64,000 nucleotides of DNA. Source: Iphione sp. A-MEVVRFRX5. Its lineage: Eukaryota. The notes under the pieces were generated by a model that did not search any database, was not told the origin of the DNA, and saw only the letters and a list, made by a program, of their open reading frames with translations. Position numbers and translations under genes: made by a program. The stretch is taken from positions 97,030,001 through 97,094,000 of the forward strand of contig OZ320315.1 of NCBI GenBank assembly GCA_976226885.1, given 5' to 3'. Numbering within the stretch: the first letter of the stretch is position 1; each line of letters begins with the position of its first letter. Shown piece by piece: positions 60,431 through 64,000 of this stretch.

Positions 60431-62160
60431 TCATAGCTGTGAACACTTTGGCCTTCTGTTCATTGAGGGCCCAAGTGGAGGTCCTTTTCGTCGGGTGGTT
60501 CTCTCTGATTCTGATGCAGGTCTTTTCAGCTGGTTGGGCCTGGAGGGACCTCTCTGGTTTGTGCTGGTACCCCTCAGGTCCTGTCCCCGAAAAGGGCGTA
60601 GGTAAGACTGACTTACTGGCGCTACTACGTTGGTGGTCAATGAGGTCATCAGGATGTTGCTCTCACAGCATGGGAGGACTGAATGTATTTTCTGCGATCT
60701 GTGATAGCCCTGGTCTCCTGGAGAAGAATCACATCTGACTCTTCTTTGCTGGTATAATTGATGAGGGTGTCACAGTGTTTCCTGAAGCCATTGAGATTCC
60801 CGGAGACTATTGTGATGCTGTCAGGTCCTTTAGTGTTGTGTTTGGCCATGGAACCCATTATTGTTGTGGGGTGAGGAGTCTTGGGTTGGCTTGGTAGGTT
60901 GTAAATTGAGCGAGGAAGTTACTGAAGATGGGGAAGAGTTCAGGATTGCAGGTGAGGACCTGCTGCATTGTGCTTGCCATGTTTCTGCAGGATTCTATCT
61001 GTCCGGGGGTGATGGGTGTTATATGGGTGGGGCTTGTGGTGTAGCTATAGTTGCAGCAGGTAGGCAGGTTGCATTCTGTGCCACTTGGGCATATGTATGG
61101 GTGGGTTCTGCAGAGTGTGATGGTGAGGGCAGGGAAGGTGCTCTGGGGGCCTTTGGTTCTTGGCAGGTCAGCTGTTCTAGCTGGTCAAGTTTTGACTGAT
61201 GATCAGTACCAACAGTATTCTTGGGAGGTTGTTGGCTGCTCGGGGAGTCTCCCTGGATGACATGTCTGTTTACATATCTCAACTTCTCCTGCCAGACTGG
61301 GCATGCTCTGGATCTGGCGTAGTGGTTGTCTTTACAGTCCCTGCCCTTAGGTTGTGCGGATTCCCTGCATAGGCTGGTCCTGTGGATACCTGGGTATCTT
61401 CCACAATGCTCCTTCTGGGCTGTACACCACTTCCACATGTGGCCATATGCTTGACATCTGATGCAGTGTAGTACTCTTGTGTAGGTCTGCTCAACCAGGT
61501 GGGAGCCAAATGGTCTTAGATTGAGGGGTTTGCTGCAGTCAATTGGAGATCCAGAGACAATCTCCATGACCTGTATTGGCTTCCGTGCTTTCTGAAGCCT
61601 TCTGGCTTGGAGAATGCCTTTTCCTCCTAAGAGGTCCTCCGTGCTGACCCAGAGGGGGACCCCTAGGAGCATATATTTCATGCGGTCATGTCTGATCTTT
61701 GTTGGCTCCTCAGAGGTGGAGAGGATGGCAGCTGTTTCCTTGTCATGAGCCCAGACCAGGATTCCCTCTTGGGCAGACCCTATCTGCTGCCTTGAAGGGG
61801 TTTCCGGTATCTGTGTGGCATTTGAAGACTACGTTCTATGTTGCATCTTGTTTTTTTGTGGTCTTTGGCTGTGGACAAGGGTGAAGCCTTCATTGTCCTC
61901 CTCTTGCTGCTTGGGTATGTCTTTAACCCAGCTGCCACCTCATTTGCTGCATGTTTGGTGGCAGGCTGGGTACAAGTAGGGGGGTTGTTGATGGGTACCA
62001 TGGCAACAATGGTTGTCTTTGCTGTCAAAGAGCTGGCCCTGTCTTCCAACGTGTGGTGCCGATTCGACCACTGCGTGGCAGATGAGTCTCCCTTTCCTTC
62101 TCTCTGCAGGTCCTACTCCTGTTCTGGTCTCTGGTTGGGATCTCCTTTGCTTTTGCATTT
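60431..62160 (-). mobile_element. I/Jockey-group LINE 5' part: gag-like ORF1 with CCHC knuckles and APE start
   Basis: CIRCQAYGH...C...C...H....C...C...H......C (61019..61681); GNLNGFR...DVILLQETR (60649..60858). Confidence 0.75.
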
Positions 62161-62479
62161 AGAGTTGTCTGACCCTTAGGCTTCAGGGCGGTTGGGATGG
62201 TAGGGCCATTCTTGGGCTCAGGAGTGGCAGTGACATCCAGGGGGGGATGTGGGGGGGGAGTTGGGTGCTCACTGAGCTCCTGCTTCTTGTGATCATCTTG
62301 ATGGATGTCAACTGCACATGACCTGAAATACCTGAGGAGCCCAGAAGAGAATGCCTAGCCAAGTCACCTGCAGGAGGTATCTTAACTTTGCAGAGGATAA
62401 CTGTACTGCCTACAGAGTTTCCTATATTCATATTTTGATTATTTCTTAGTCTCATGATGAGTGTTTGTATCATATTGCT

Positions 62480-63150
62480 TTGATTTGCGTTTATAAATTA
62501 GGAGAAATCAATGAGTGTCCCTTCTAATGAAGTGGTCTTTTGGGGGAATGTTGTCAACTGAAGTACTGACTGTGAAGCCTCCTATGTCAAAAATAGTGTC
62601 TTCCATCATTTCAGATTTATTTCATCGAGGTTCGTAAAATTAAGCATATTGCTTCTGTAATTGATAAGAAAACCTCCTCCTGTAACCTCTGCGATTGTAC
62701 CTGCCCCTGCCCCTGCCTCTGTAACGGCCTGAATAGCCCCTGGCAGGGAACTGAGGTTGGCACCTGACAAAACCCCATGAGGCGAGTCATAGTCTCCGGA
62801 GATTCGATGTCTCTAAACTGTCCCCAAAAAGCATCATAGCTAATGCAGGAGCGTCTGGAGACACCAATCTTTTGTGTTCAGGGGCAAGAAAGGGTTTAAT
62901 GTCATCTCTCGGCATTTTTATAAAGTAAGAATCAATGAGACCCAAGACAAAACCAAGGACATTATGGTACATATGGTACAACCCTTTCCAGATCTGTAAC
63001 AGCGATACAAGATGCTGGGTGTTAAAGAGGTCATCTACGGTAGGTAAAACGTGTGTGAGAGATACCATTGACAACATTTTTCTGAATGTAACTTTTCACG
63101 TCATACACCTCTGCATACGACAGATCAACAATTACCCTTTTGGTGCCATC
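62480..63150 (-). pseudogene. DIRS1-like gag/ORF1 fragment
   Basis: RDDIKPFL..EHKRL...P...LFGDSL followed by an RG-rich stretch. Confidence 0.5.
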
Positions 63151-63199
63151 ACTCTTGTCCCTGGTCATGAGGGGGGCACTACAGACCACGGGGAAAACG

Positions 63200-64000
63200 G
63201 AGGTATGACAAACTGTGGATGGCGCGAGCCATAGGGGTGGTTGTCGAGTTGCCCCCCCTCCCAGCAGTAGGGGGGCTTGCGTACTGCATAGAAAAGCCGA
63301 ACTCTCTGCCGTTGAGGACTAGCTCATCATCAGGATGTCTTGTAGCAATTGCTCACCAGAAGGGGAGTGAAAGGGTCAAGGGGGATCTGGGCACTGCAGG
63401 CATTGTTGACGCCACGAACCTCGACTGCATCATACAGGTACTGAAGGTGAGGCTGGGCGAGCGGTGTTAGATGTGGCCACACATAAGCCCTACGGTTACA
63501 GAGAGCATCGCTGTACACCACGACAGGTGGCTGCTCCCTGAAATTAGAAAAGAAAATGGGGGAAAGGCCGGCTGTGTCGGGGGAGGTCTGGTGTACTACA
63601 ACCCGACGTGAGTAGTGATGGAGGGGGGCTGGGCTGTTGGCGGGGCTGTTGGGGCAACAACAGCCCCGCTGTCGTTGATGGAATTGGGATAGATGCCAGG
63701 TCTGGGTGAGGTGTTATGGTATGGGCCCCTACCCCCGCTCATCAATGGTTGGGCGGGGGCCCAAGCTCCTGGACTTGTTGTGGAGGTTCGGCTGTAGGTG
63801 CAGAGCCGGTGGGACAAATGACTGCAGACTTGCACCAGCTGGATATGCAGTACCGACCTGTTGTAGCGGGGTAGAGTGCACATGCGCTGCCGAGAGTTAG
63901 TTACAGTTGCAGGGTGACGTATTGACGACGTTGGGGCTTCACCTATAAGGCAGCCCAATGCTGGAACGCAGCAGCGTGTGCAGTGTACCGAGGTGCACGT
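63200..64000 (-). mobile_element. Ngaro-like pre-RT region fragment (runs off the window edge)
   Basis: YVWPHL...YLYDAV..RGVNN parallels NWPKP...IYDAVRATGYPN at 31.4 kb. Confidence 0.55.

Noticed and set aside
62183-62473. 96-aa minus-strand ORF
   Set aside because: No recognisable motif; it lies at a junction between TE fragments.
1378-63900. Numerous plus-strand ORFs of 60-140 aa in the ORF track
   Set aside because: They are antisense shadows of minus-strand TE coding sequence and contain no recognisable motifs.

Overview
This is eukaryotic, metazoan-like repetitive DNA with no recognisable host gene, rRNA, tRNA or CRISPR array. It is a dense, nested graveyard of transposable elements, and almost all coding fragments lie on the minus strand, which resembles a uni-strand piRNA cluster. 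It contains about 10 APE-RT LINE copies or fragments (mostly CR1/L2-like, one with a CCHC gag), about 10 tyrosine-recombinase retrotransposon fragments (Ngaro-like with split direct repeats, plus two DIRS1-like pieces), and a Crypton-like recombinase, a MULE fragment and a PIF/Harbinger element whose 5' exon is amplified as a 335/342-bp tandem array. The most notable feature is a LINE family with an apparent three-module design: (1) ORF1 made of a coiled coil and L1-like RRM region fused to a C-terminal NADAR (YbiA-like) domain, (2) an extra SGNH-hydrolase-like ORF with altered catalytic motifs, and (3) an APE-RT ORF2. Six mutually divergent NADAR copies are visible, at about 5.4, 11.9, 16.9, 24.5, 38.1 and 47.2 kb. 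All domain calls come from motif recognition by eye; no HMM or BLAST search was run, and element boundaries are approximate unless a junction motif is quoted.
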